A stretch of DNA of 64,000 nucleotides, from NCBI GenBank assembly GCA_047495785.1, contig JBLDXI010000019.1, positions 3,559,881-3,623,880 of the forward strand, in the 5' to 3' direction. Positions 25,191 through 37,550 of the stretch are shown here, piece by piece; the stretch's first letter is position 1, and every line of letters begins with the position of its first letter. The notes under the pieces were generated by a model. The model searched no databases and was not told the origin of the DNA. It worked only from the letters and a program-made list of their open reading frames with translations. The position numbers and the translations under genes were made by a program. The stretch comes from Lepidodermella squamata. Lineage: Eukaryota > Animalia > Gastrotricha.

Positions 25191-25810
25191 CTCAAACTCA
25201 TAGAGAGCAAAATATTTACAAAACAAACTCATAGAGAGCAAAATATTAACAAAATCTTGAGAAATCAATAGCGTTAGCTAGGAAATAAGCGGGTGTTCTC
25301 TCTGATCACTTCGTTCTCTATGCGAACTATGAAACTTGCTTATTCATCGATCAACTTTCTTGTTTAGGTTTCAGTAAAGCCTCTTCATGGCCAAAAATTC
25401 TGAGCTGTCAGAAGAGTTCACAAATAAAAAATGAATATTAAGGGCTTTTTGGGATGAATGTCGATTTGAACATCTGACTACCTCTGAATGAAAAATAACG
25501 AAAGAATGACACCTGGAGCTTGTGAAGTATTTGCCCAGAATATATATCGACTCTGTGGGATCTTCTCGGCCCCAGTTTTCGCCCCACGATATCAACTTGC
25601 CGAGTCGTCAAGGCCGCTTGATTGAAATTGCTGTCTTTTCGTGAATCAAATATCAATGAGTTACCGGAATTAGCGCACTTGGCTTTGCGCACACAGCAAA
25701 ATGATGATGATTGCGCACATAGCAAGTTGCGCACAACAATTCTCGAAGTGAGAGAATTCAGAGTTCAATATGCACAGCCAGGAAAAATCGGAAAATCGAA
25801 ATATTATATA

Positions 25811-25901
25811 ATATACGGAAGCCATTCAGGTTATATGGGTTTATAATCGCCTTCAGGCTTATATTTCGTCCTTCGGCTGAACCTGAATGGCTTCCGTATA
25901 T
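25811..25901. repeat. Short inverted repeat / mini-MITE
   Basis: ATATACGGAAGCCATTCAGGTT ... AACCTGAATGGCTTCCGTATAT. Confidence 0.7.
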
Positions 25902-26592
25902 GTGTGTTATCCGGGTCGTATCGTAAAATTTTCAGGGTTACTAGTATTGTATGGTACACTCTCGCTGAATTTCTATTGCTATAATTTGAAATTGAAAAAT
26001 CCAACTTAAAAAAATCATGAAATTTGTTGCTTGCTCATTTCATTTTCGCATTCTTCATTTTGCGAGTTTTTGGTTTGTTTTTCACATCGAATTTCCCGCA
26101 TTTCTCGCATGCTCAACAAATTGCTGCTACTGAATCACAAAATTGGGCGTCGGACACTTAAGCAAATCCTAGATTGCTTTTCTCCTCTGTATCTGCTAAA
26201 AACTCGGAGAAACGTAGCTAGAAAGTGCGGGAAAAAGTGATCTTGTACGCCATTTATATAGGAAAATGCGAAAATAAAAAGTCCATCTTAATAAAAGTGT
26301 TTCTGTATTGTACAGGAATACAGAAACACTATTTCTGTATCCTTTTTTAGCCTCAATCATAGGAGAAAAGATGGTTCTGCTCGGTTGGCTTCGGATGGCT
26401 GCCAATGCGACTTTGAAACGACCCTTCGACTTTCGAACGAAAGGCTGCTATTTGCCATGGTGTCAGGAATCGCTCGATTTTCGAACCATGCCGTTCTGTA
26501 TCTTCTTGCTTTCAATGGATTCTGGGATCCAATGCTGCCTGAGCTGTCTTCGATTTCATCGAAAGCTGATTGTTGCTTGATCCCGGCGACAT

Positions 26593-26810
26593 CCTGGACG
26601 AATTTTGCTCTTTTGTCGCGAATTTCCAGACGAATTCTGCTCAATTTTCGCGAAATTCTGGACGAGTTCTGCCCGATTTTGCGAATCTCTGGACGAGTTC
26701 TGCCCGATTTTCACGAGCTCATGGCCAAGTGCTGTTCGATGGGGGTGAATGCTGCCCGATTTGATACCGGTCTCGCGCTTTTTCTTCCGGAGTTCTGCCC
26801 AATTTTCGCC
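26593..26810 (+). repeat. Degenerate ~30-bp minisatellite
   Basis: Recurring CTGGACGAGTTCTGCCCGATTTT. Confidence 0.55.
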
Positions 26811-27029
26811 CCATTTTTGTGATTTTCAATAAAATCTTTTTGCAGTGTTGCTTGAGGTTTTTTGGGTTTCTCTTGTGTGTTTGACAAGTGGGGTTTTTGG
26901 TGATATTTTCTGGACAAGCGGGCATTTTTTGATATAAAAATATCAAAAAATCCCTGCTTGGAAGAAGGTTTTATGAGTTTATAATTCGGCCATTAAGAAG
27001 GCATATTTTACGATACGATCCGGATAATA

Positions 27030-27280
27030 GTTTCCTATCTGTTACGGTGTTGCCTAATGCTCTCACCGATTCTTCGAAGGGCCATTGTCGAGCAGATCAA
27101 GTCTCATCTGAAAATAACACACTTCTTTCGCCAGTCAGTTTGGATTCAGGCGATATCACCCATGCGCGAAACATGCCTGCTCAAAATTACGGGAGACTGG
27201 CGCATGGCACTGGACAAAGATATGAAAGTCGCAGCCGTATCAATTGATTTGTCGAAAGAATTTGATGCGCTACACCCGAT
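27030..27280 (+). pseudogene. Decayed non-LTR (CR1/L2-like) reverse transcriptase fragment
   Basis: ETCLLKITGDWRMALDKDMKVAAVSIDLSKEFD resembles the RT motif ETALL...DW..ALD...V.LDLSKAFD. Confidence 0.75.
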
Positions 27281-27455
27281 GGGAGTCGAAGCTTCTTTGG
27301 CAAACGCTGGTTATTAAGTCAATCTGGGCAGTCCTCACGAAACGCTTTTAAAAACATTTTATTACGTTTAATTGGGAGACACTGAAGGCTATTACCCATT
27401 TCAACTGTTGCGCTTTATTCATTTCATGTAAATCCTTTATCTTCAGTTTCACTTA

Positions 27456-29899
27456 GGGTGCGTTTCTTTATCTCCAACAGAGATGAAATTATTAACAAAA
27501 CAAGCCATAAACAGGCCATTTCTTTATTTCTGTTGAAATTATTAGTTCAACCAGAAATTATTTCTTTATTCTGATTATTGTTGGAGCTACTATAATAATC
27601 AGCTAGCGTTTCATTCATTATACATGTTTTTGCCCGAAATTTCCAACAACTCGCCGAGTCGTTTTTGGAGCGATTTTTTCCAAGTCGCACGCATCAACGA
27701 CCCGCCCAACGAAGGCAGAAGAAGAAAAAACTCATTTTCCTGCCAATTTTTTCCAAGTTATGCCTGATGATTCATTATGCCAAGCAACAAATACGTACTA
27801 TAAATTTATGGGCGTGCGATATTTCAGCAGGAAACAAAACCGCAGGCATTTTTTGATATGATGCGATTATGTGACAATTTGAGAACATTACGATTCCAAA
27901 ATAGTGCGCAATCGTTATTCGGCGACATTTGCGCTGGCGACAGCCCAGCAAGGGACAGGGGACAGATCAGCCTTAATTGACAGTCGAAATGCTAGCTCAG
28001 TTTAAATACAAGGTCGGATTAGATTTATCAAATTCTGATGAAATTTCGGCTAAATTGCTTCATTGTCGCCAGCTGAAATGTCGTCAAATAAACCAAAATT
28101 TTTGCAAAAGAATAATTAATTTTAGCGTGAAAAAAATGCGAGTAATGCGAGCGTGGCCGTCAGTAACGATTCGGATCATAGTGATCACATTATAATAAGT
28201 GAAGCTACATTGCTTATTTGTCAGCTGCTGAAATGTCGTCAAACATAGAATCTTTTGGATTGCGTGAAAGCTTGCTTCACCTTCGAGTCTGGAAAATGAC
28301 ATTTTTGTCTTGATTTGGCCGAGCGCTTCACATCGGGCTGATTTGACGCGGCTGAAATGTCGACACTTAATATCATAGCCTAAACGCGCTGATTTGCAAT
28401 ATTTCCTGCAGAGCTGGAAAACTTGCAAAAATGACGCACCTGGTGCGTAGGAAATTTTCAGGAAAGTAGGAAATTTTTAAGGTAGGAAACGCTAAAAAAT
28501 GATGGAAAAAGTGAAATTATCAACAAGGAAATTGGGTTTTCTGTAGGAAAAAACGAAGTTTTCCACAGGAAAAAGTGTGCTCTTCCTACCGCATTAATAG
28601 CTTAATTTTCGCCTAAATTGCATCTAATTATTTAATTCAAAAGTGACTGATAAAATTTGAAATAAATTTGAATAAACACTTGAAGCCCCTTTTTATAACT
28701 TTTCGAGTATGACGAATTACGTAAAATAAATTAGATATTTGGAATCAGCATGAAAAATTGAGGTAGACCTCCAATTTGCGCGCAATTAGCAGCCAAATTC
28801 ACGAAGAAATCGACTATTAAAAATTGTAAATTTTAGTGCGCGCGCATGGTGTGTGCGCGTGTGCGCGCGCTCTGAGAAGCTAGCCTAGAATGTGCGCCGC
28901 CCCATCTATACAAGTGTGCGCTAAATTCGGTGGTGAAATATGCGCGCGCGTGTGCGCGGTGTGTGCGCGCTAAACTTCACTGGCTCATTACTTCCCCATT
29001 TATAACGATATTCATGCGCAAATTTACGGAATAGCCCAACTTTTCACGCTGATTCCGAATTTCTAATTTGCATCGAAAAATTCCTCAAAATAAAGGACTT
29101 ATTAACAGCCGCATTGCAAGAGAAAAGCCGAACATTACTTCTTCTTAGCATTATTTGTTCGCGCATTGATCGCGCAATTATTCCAGTTTTTAGTTAACCG
29201 AATTACTGAAGCCCATATTTGTACTATAATTTCAACAAAGAAGACTAATTTGAAGTGAAGAAAAACGGGAGCAATTTTGAGCTGTTTTTATGGAGATTAT
29301 AGAATTCTAAATTTGCAAGAAAATTCGAATAATTGCGCGTGCAAAAATTTAAAAGTGAAAAAGAAAGAAGACGGGATGACCAATAGAGATGAGCCGAAAT
29401 AATAAATGGCGCGAGCGAGCGTAGCGAGCGAGCGCGTTTTGTAGGAAATTTCAAATTTTGTGCGTAGGAAGTTCTGCATGTTTTCCAGCTCTGATTTCCT
29501 GTTGATTTCCTATTTGAACAATTGAAAAGTTAATCGATCGCAACATTATGACTCTCAATACCGACTGAAATTTCAGTTGGCCAGAGGCCAAATTATACAA
29601 CCTGTCTAAATAGTACCGATTCTATTGACTTCTCAGGTCGCCAGAGCAGTTGCACAGCCAACCATTTCTTTATTGATTTAATATAATAACAAAATCAGAG
29701 TGTTTCTTTTGAAAAACGAGATTTTGTTAGTGCAAAAAATCGAATAAATAAATGCCTCTGATTATTGTTTTTGCTACTAACAAAATCAGGATAAAGAAAT
29801 ACGCACACTTGATTGTTTTTAACATAAATGGATAAAGAAATGGTCTCTGTTTTTTGCCTTGTTTTCAACAAAATCTGTTGAGAATAAAGAAACGCACCC
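27456..29899. mobile_element. PIF/Harbinger-like non-autonomous element
   Basis: TIR GGGTGCGTTTCTTTAT / ATAAAGAAACGCACCC with TTA on both sides (27453-27455, 29900-29902). Confidence 0.75.
28409..29493. mobile_element. hAT-like MITE nested in the Harbinger-like element
   Basis: TIR CAGAGCTGGAAAAC(T/A)TGCA; perfect 8-bp TSD ATTTCCTG (28401-28408, 29494-29501). Confidence 0.85.
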
Positions 29900-30224
29900 T
29901 TACATTATCCTCCGTTAAGATTCTACCTTTCAATGACTTCACTATGTGTATAAAGCTCTCGACAAATCTACTAGCGAAACCTCCTCTGCGGTACCTCCTC
30001 ACCTTAGCACATGTGTACTCGGTGGGTGCCGCTACCACTGCGCTTCAGTTGGAACTTTTGCAGCAACTTGCCATCAATGCAGGTCGGGCGATGGCTGATC
30101 AGGGAGGACGTTGTCATCTCAGGGAGTCTGTTCATCGGCGTAGTTAGTCGCATGGCTGGTTGTGGTGACCTTACCCTCGACCTAAAATCAAACACGTCAA
30201 AAGCATTGGCGATTCAATGTTTGA

Positions 30225-30750
30225 AATTCGCACCGAGCAGCAAGTTTAATTGTAGCTATTTCTACCCTGAGTCGTGTAGTCCCAATTCATGACAAATCTG
30301 CTCATGACCTCGTTAGCATTGCACTGGACATTTTGCCGGTCTAGGAAATTGCTGTCGCCATTGAAGGCGGCCGTCCACTGGGTAGTTACGTCGCGGCACG
30401 ACGAAGGAATGGGGGCAGCGCAGCACGAGTACGTGTACTGGAGGCCGCCAGGCTTGGTCAATCCGAATGAAGTTGTATAACTGACGCTAGGACATTGGAT
30501 GTGGAGAAAACTGAGAGCCATGGTGGACCCGGAGTGGTATTGGGATTCAGGATGTCATTGGAGCACTTCTGGCCAGGGTGTGATCGTGGCACACGTGTAT
30601 TCAAAGCGTATCTTACCATTGGGCATATCGCGTTGCATGTTGCATGTGCCATCTCTGCATCAGGTCACCGTCCGCACAGGTGAGATTGTGATGATCAAGG
30701 TAATAAGCATTGTTTTGATTATTTCCATCAAGGTAGTATGCGGTTGCTAG
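30225..30750 (-). pseudogene. Cys-rich repeat protein pseudogene (three LD(R/H)xxxxC...YxYxCC-type repeats)
   Basis: YYLDHHNLTC...FEYTC, LSFLHIQC...YTYSCC and FLDRQNVQC...YN*TCC lie in shifting frames; 7-bp duplication CATGCAACATGCAA and an in-frame stop. Confidence 0.55.
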
Positions 30751-31606
30751 CTCCTTGGTAGTAACAGTATATCTGCCTTCAACCTGCCATCAGACAGATA
30801 ATAAGACATAATTATTCGCTAGAAGTTCTCGCGAGGGTTTGCTCGATGTTTTCCCGGTTCAAATGCGCTGATTCAAATTAGCTGTTTTAAAAAGCGCAAG
30901 GTCGTTTTCGCTGCAGAAAACACGTGGTTTATAAATTGCCAACATTAATTTCGGTAATTTGTTATAATTTAATGTTAGGAAAAAATACAAATGGCGAACT
31001 GTAAAATAGGTATTAGAGAAAAAATTGCGAAGAAAGTTTGCGGCCAAATTGCGGTAAATTTCGGAACACTGGTTGGGATTCAGGGATTCGGATCAGCGGC
31101 AGGGATTATCACAGAGTTATCAGGGATTATCACAGGGATTCGGAGAGTTATTTATAGTTGTCGATCTTGTCTAGCTACTCCAGCTGGTTTTGACCTCATT
31201 ATTGACGATTTAATAATGGATAAGTATGTATTTGACAAAACAATTCGCACATAAACTGTTGAAGATGCTACGAACCGATCCCAAGGTCAGAAGCAGCCAG
31301 AAGTGGCTCCAATGGAAGAAAATTGACTCGTCTTCGGAAGTTTCTGTGCGGTCCACCTGGTTTTTCTCTCTACTCCACTCCGCTCTCCACTCGCACGAAC
31401 ATGGTTTAGGCGAGTGGAGTGCTTTAGGTAAACTATTAGCTACCTGAGCGCGCTCTCAAGCTACCGATCTCAGGCTGGCTTCTGCATAATTAATACTTCA
31501 ACGAAGGCATAATTAGCAGTGCATTAGACACCCCCGCTCTAGAACAAAAAATTTCTTTGTGATTCGCGAGCAAAATTTCTCATTGTTGAATGCGCGAAAT
31601 ACTGCA

Positions 31607-34600
31607 ATGTTATTTTCAATTGTGGCCGTGGTTCTTTTCTCATCCAGAGTCGCAAGCCAGTCGATTAACTGTCGCACACCTCTTTTGCAGCCGCAATATA
31701 CGTTCGAAGATGTGACGTCTCGCAACACCAACTTTGACTTCTACCGCTCGGAAGTTGTAAGCTCGGCGAACCTCAATTTTACCCGCATCAGTTCGGATTT
31801 GCGGGGAAACGGTATCTGGACAAAAAAGGTTAGATTCACCTCACCAAGTTGAAGTTCGTACTTTAAACCGAGATTTCACATAGCCGTTCGTTCTGGACGA
31901 TTTCTACGTTGAAGCTACTGTGAAGATGCAACCCATAGCCAACTTGTCATCAATTCGTGGTTTTGGGTTTTTCCTAGCCAATGAGTTGGCTGTAAACCGC
32001 GAAACACCAAAGAAAAGCGAATTCTCAGTCATTAGCAATAGGCAAATCGGTATATACCCCATGCTAGTATTTCTTTCATTGAATTGAGATCTTTCAGGCA
32101 TAGCAATGTTTTTCACTCCACTGGGAAACGGTGTTATGGGCGGCTGGTTTGCACCTAGTGCGAACCTTACAAAATGGACGAGCTGGATTAACAACAGCTG
32201 CGACTCTCTGGAATGGTGTTACCAAGGTTCGCCGCGTTTCTTCGTGTCCTTCTTCGCAAATCGTTCGGTCACTTGGAAGCTGAGGTTTCAGATGAACGTG
32301 TTGTCAGCGGACGCGTGTTCAAGTGAGTCGTCTAGCAATTGCACGCGTGTTTTCGACAACATTACGATGCCCACGTCCTTTCAATCGACCTTCGGAAGCA
32401 TCAACACGTACCTAGGCATGATTGGCAGTGTTTACAACACTGAAGCCCTTATCGACCTTTACTCGATCAAAGTCTGGGATTGTGGCACGCCTACTGCTAC
32501 GCCGGCACCTCAGGTTTGTTGAATTAGCGGGCGACGGAATATATAAAATCTCACTTTCCGATTAACTTCTAATGTATGGGAAAAAAATAAGGAGTAGGAG
32601 TTGATGAATAAACACAAAAATTCAACTCATAGTAAACCCAGAATAGATAGAAAAATTCAACGAGAAATTTGTGAACGAGAACTGAAATCAAAATTTGAGA
32701 GGACTAAAAATGCTGAACTGACGGAAACCCTGAATAAAAGAATTCATTTGAAACAGCTTGCTGCTCGGAATCTCTTGTGCAAAGGTGGAACTTTCCAGTC
32801 TCAGTGGTCATTTCAAAGCTCCTGGGCTGATTTAGCGGGAAAATGGGATATGTACTACGTCCTTGTTCAGAACGCCAGTCAGCCACCGCAAATGCCTGAC
32901 GCAGTGAGGATGCACACTTTAGGTGTCAGATCAGCAGCCATGTGGAACAAAAACGTAAATTTTAAAAGACAAATTCATTCTTGAGTTAATCATCTTTTAT
33001 GAAAAGCGCTTCACTCTGAACGATTTTTACATCGAATTTGGCCTTGAAAACAGCGATATAAATTTCTACCAAGGTTTTCTGCTCTTAATAACTAATAACG
33101 CTTCAATCACGCGGGAAAGTGGTTCGCTCAATACAACCTACAACTTCGGAATTAACGGCGGTCAACATACCGGTGAGTTGCTCATGTTGAAGGAATAACT
33201 TTCATTAGTCCATTTTCAGGTCTTTCGGTTTACATTCCGCCTGTTTATTCGTCGGCTCCTCAGATTACTGTTAATCTTCAAGCTCTCAAAGGAGTGCCGA
33301 GATGGTGGACCGCTGACTCGTCTGACGCTTACCAAAATAATTCAGTGCTAATTAAAGAGGCCTACATTAAAGCTCGCTCGCTATGGCAAATTCGTTACAG
33401 GAACGGAATTATCACCCTTGATGTTTGCCGATTCTGTTCGAACTTCTGTAGCCGAATTATCAGTAGCGCGAATATCACAAAAAACTTCGATTTCAGCAGC
33501 GGGAATATGATCTTTGGGGTGGCTACAACGGACAGTAGTCTTGCTAACCCTACTCCAAACGTCACCTTGATGTCCATTGGGGTTTGGGACTGTTCTACCA
33601 CCAACTCTACAACATCAGGTTATTTGTATCAACCCACATGTTCGGTAGAAACCACGACAACAACAACTAGCTCAACAATTACAAAAACCATTACCACTTC
33701 GACGACGACTGCAACGACCACGACATCCTCCCCGGTCGCCACCTCGGCCACCACCTCGGCCACCGCCACGGCGTCAACTAGCTCGACTGCAACGACAACA
33801 TTGAGCTCAACTTTGCCCTCAGCAACAAGTGTGAAGGAATCTACCGTGTCTACTCAAACACAAGCGCTGAGTTCGCCGACATCCAAAGGCGTAGGTACCC
33901 AAAGCACAACTTCAGTCGCGGCTTTCAAGGGTTCAACTTCAGTCAAAAGTCTAGCCGCTACAAAGGCTGAGGACTTGACCGAGGGAGATGGCTATCTAAA
34001 AAAGTGGTTGCCACCATCAGTTGGTCTCTCAGCGAACGTCTGGTCAGCTTGCTCCACTAACTGCAGCATCGGAGTTCAGTGGCGACTTACCTCGAATGGC
34101 TCAAAGGAATACCAACAGTGCAGCTCAACCACCCGATGTGCTACAACGACAGATGAAGCAACTCGGGGCGTCGATCTGCTTTACAAACCTGTGCCAACAG
34201 TTGATGGCTATTTCAAAATCAGAGGTTCGATCAAAACCAAGGTTGCGACAAAACTGAACCCATTCTGCAGATCGAACTTTGCAAAATGTTGCCCTGGTTA
34301 CACGAACAACAAAACACCGACTTCAAACTACGTCGAGGCTGATGAGTTGATCGATTCAAACTACGCGAACACGTCGAAGAAAGCCGATGGTTGCTGTTTC
34401 AGAATCACGTATGTCCTCAGCAAGACTTCTACCAGTAGATTTTGCAGTTCATTCGGAGATTTGAAGGCTGCTGGTCGCAAAAAGCGGGCCGCTGTTGATC
34501 CGGCTTCTATCAGTCAGGAAGACTTCACGAAGGTGATGGAGGAGACTGAGCCAGATCTTGAAAGCATGATGATGGCTGAATTCGGTTTCTCTTCGAAATT

Positions 34601-34940
34601 TGACAGCTGCTTGCCGACTGACAACCCATGTGTGAGTGAAGATGGGATTGTTGGCGACGGGAATGCACTTGGTTCTAAAGGTAACAGCACTTCTTCATCA
34701 ACAGGCAGCAGCACGGGCGTCATCATCGGTTCTGTTTTGGGAGGCGTGGCCTTCCTCTTGCTGATCGGAATAGTCGCCTACTGCTACTACACGAAATCAA
34801 AAAATAGGAAGAAGACTTGTAAAGTTGATCATGAAATCAGGCGGACGCCTTCATCTGTTGGGAGATCGCTTGACTCTAACAATGATTCCTATTTGAAAGC
34901 TGTTGCTCTCAAGGCCAAAGCTAATGGATATCTTCGATGA
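31607..34940 (+). CDS. Type I membrane protein, paralog 2 (signal peptide, two lectin-like modules, Thr/Ser-rich stalk, TSP1-like motif, RKKR, TM), multi-exon
   Basis: MLFSIVAVVLFSSRVASQ signal peptide; exons with LDDFYVE and SIKVWDC; terminal ORF 33294..34940 with WSACSTNCSIGVQWR, GRKKRAA and TM VIIGSVLGGVAFLLLIGIVAYCYY. Confidence 0.85.
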
Positions 34941-35603
34941 ACGATCCTGAAAACATAACAAAGATTTCGAAATTCATTTTGAAATTGCCACGATAAAAAT
35001 CTCACCCGCATCTGAGTCAAATATTTAATTCCACTGAGGGCCGCTTGTGTTTTGCGATGAAGAAATAAATAAAAGGTTAAAGTTAGTATTTATTTTTGGC
35101 ATTTTGGGGCCTGCAAATTGATTTTCGCCTCTTAAAGAACATTTGAGCTACTTGTTTAAATAACCGTTACGAAAAAATTTATGAAAAATTACAAGCATCG
35201 TAGAATGAACCGAGAGCAAAAATACAGCCAGAGTATAATTTCGGCTGCTGTCTGCTAAGCTCTAGGGTCTACGCCATCGTGATTAAAATCGTTTGACTGC
35301 ATCAGTGCAAGGTGCGAAGTGCAGGGGTGCTGGGGTGTCCCCAGCTCCCAGCTCCGGGACTCCAACCAGAAGAAGGCTGAAAAACCACAGGGGGGACACT
35401 TTGTTTCTTTGGCTGGGTACCGAATAAACCGAGAAAACACCTCAGTTTCCGGATCCTACTTCGCACACTGCTGCAGTGGGACTAAATGCTTGACGGTAAC
35501 CGAACGAGACGCTGTTAACATGAGAATTTAAACTACAATTTATGTACTTTGTTTTCAAGTCGCGAATTCATACATTCCAGCTATTCAGTTCACCTCATTG
35601 TGT

Positions 35604-36362
35604 CATGAGATAGTCATGAGTACTATGGTACGCCGCGGCTTGCTAAGAATCAGAAAAGGCGTGATATTTTTAATGAGCGCCAACTTGGGACCTCATTAAA
35701 AATATCACGCATTAAAAATCCCAAGTCCAACTTGACCAATGAATCATCTCATTACACTTTTTGCAATCAACTCAAGTCTCTTTTTGCTTAAGATTAACGA
35801 GATCAACACATCTTTACACAGCATCTCGCCGATGGTTTCCTGTAAATTAAATCCCAGCAGTTTTTAATTATTGACATTTAAGAAAGGGTCTTACTTTTAG
35901 CGGAACCTAATTAGACTGTAGCGGAATCAAATTTTGGAATTTTCGATGTTCCTAAAACTCATTCGATGCTTATAAGGATGCCATGATTAATATAAATCGG
36001 CATAATTTAAAATAAATTACCTTTGAATTCCGCGTGAAATTCTGTATCAGCAAGCACTCTTCACTATAGAATTCAAAAATTGCTTTAATTCCGTAGAAAT
36101 ATTCGAAAATGGACCTTTTTCTTATCTAAAATTAGGTTCCGCAACATGTGTTAGTTCCGCTACAGTCAAATTTGGTTCCGCTAAAAGATATTCTCTTTAA
36201 AAAACTAAAATTTTATAAATCAACATTTTAAATTTCGAAATTGCTGGACTAAAAATTAAATAGTATGCCGCGGAATAATTATGCACAACGGGTGGCAAAC
36301 GAGGAACGAGGGGTCATGTAATGGGAGCTTCAAAGCCACGGCGTCCTATAGTACGCCTCATG
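35604..36362. mobile_element. P-like (CATGAG termini) non-autonomous element
   Basis: CATGAG..TACTATGGTACGCCGCGGCTT versus AAGCCACGGCGTCCTATAGTACGCCTCATG; flanks CATTGTGT / CATTGTCT (7 of 8). Confidence 0.55.
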
Positions 36363-36613
36363 CATTGTCTTGGATAAACAGTTCATTTATTGCATGAGAC
36401 GTAGCTAGGCCGGTATTTTGACCAAAACTTGTATAAGAACCAGCCATGTAACACCCGAATTTACACCTGTCAGCCTTAAAAGAGGCTTTATTACGCTCGG
36501 ATTTCGAGTAGAAAAAGACGAAAATTATTGTACTAAAAGGAGAACTAACACTTTTACTCAAGCTGTGTTCTCTCTTCAAGTTGCGCAACATACATAAAAT
36601 TTTCGCATTTTAA

Positions 36614-37198
36614 CCCTCTAAGGCCGGCAGCTACCTAGTTTATACAACTTGAGTATACTCAAATGAAAAAAATCTTGTATCTTGAGAATGAGGAGCAGCC
36701 ACCTGACCAAACTTTTCACGAATGGTCTTCTCATCCATCTGAGTCTTATACCAATGAACTGACCGTATTACGCAATCCTCTGTTGCTTAACACCTGTTCA
36801 AATCTGATTATTGCCCATTTCGATAAAAAGTGCGATTTTTCATCTTAAAACAAGCAACAGACTTATGTTTTTCGCCCAATTTATGAGGGACGTTAGTAGA
36901 AACCTGTATTGGCACTAGTTTGAACTTTTTATATCAAACTGAGTGAATCTTGCTGGCACCCATCGAGTCAAATGGCTTAGATTCCCGATTGAGTATACAC
37001 ATAAAGCATACGAACGCGTGATTTGCGTGCTCACCTGTGTTACGCAAATAACGCGGTGAGTATGCGGTTTTCGGAATTGAGAAGCCCAGATGGCTATCTA
37101 AAACTGTGCCAAACCGTTAGTCCGGCAAAATTCGGAAAGTATGAGAATTTAAGGAGAGAAGTCGTAGTTTGAGTATACACGTTCCCGGCCTTAGAGGG
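36614..37198. mobile_element. piggyBac-like MITE
   Basis: TTAA|CCCTCTAAGGCCGG ... CCGGCCTTAGAGGG|TTAA. Confidence 0.85.
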
Positions 37199-37550
37199 TT
37201 AATGAAAATTGAATCGTTTCCTGGATTTTAATCAGGAAATCCTGAAAAACTGTATCCAGCCTAGACCTTTCCGTGGCTTATTCAGAAACTTCGAAATCTT
37301 CTCCGAGGCTGGAACCTGGATCCAGCTTGGTAACTATGGCACCGGAACATTTCTTCTCTTTTTTTAAATTGACCCCGCTTTAATTCATAAAAATTTCAGG
37401 GATATTCAATTTTCTTTTCTTTTTAAACCCTGAAATTTTAATTTTTACAATAATAATAATAATAATGGTTTTATTTAGTCCTCCTCTCGATTAAGCATCT
37501 ATACCGTAAAAACGGTTTTGAGGAGGGCGAAGGCAGGCGAAAGATGGAAA

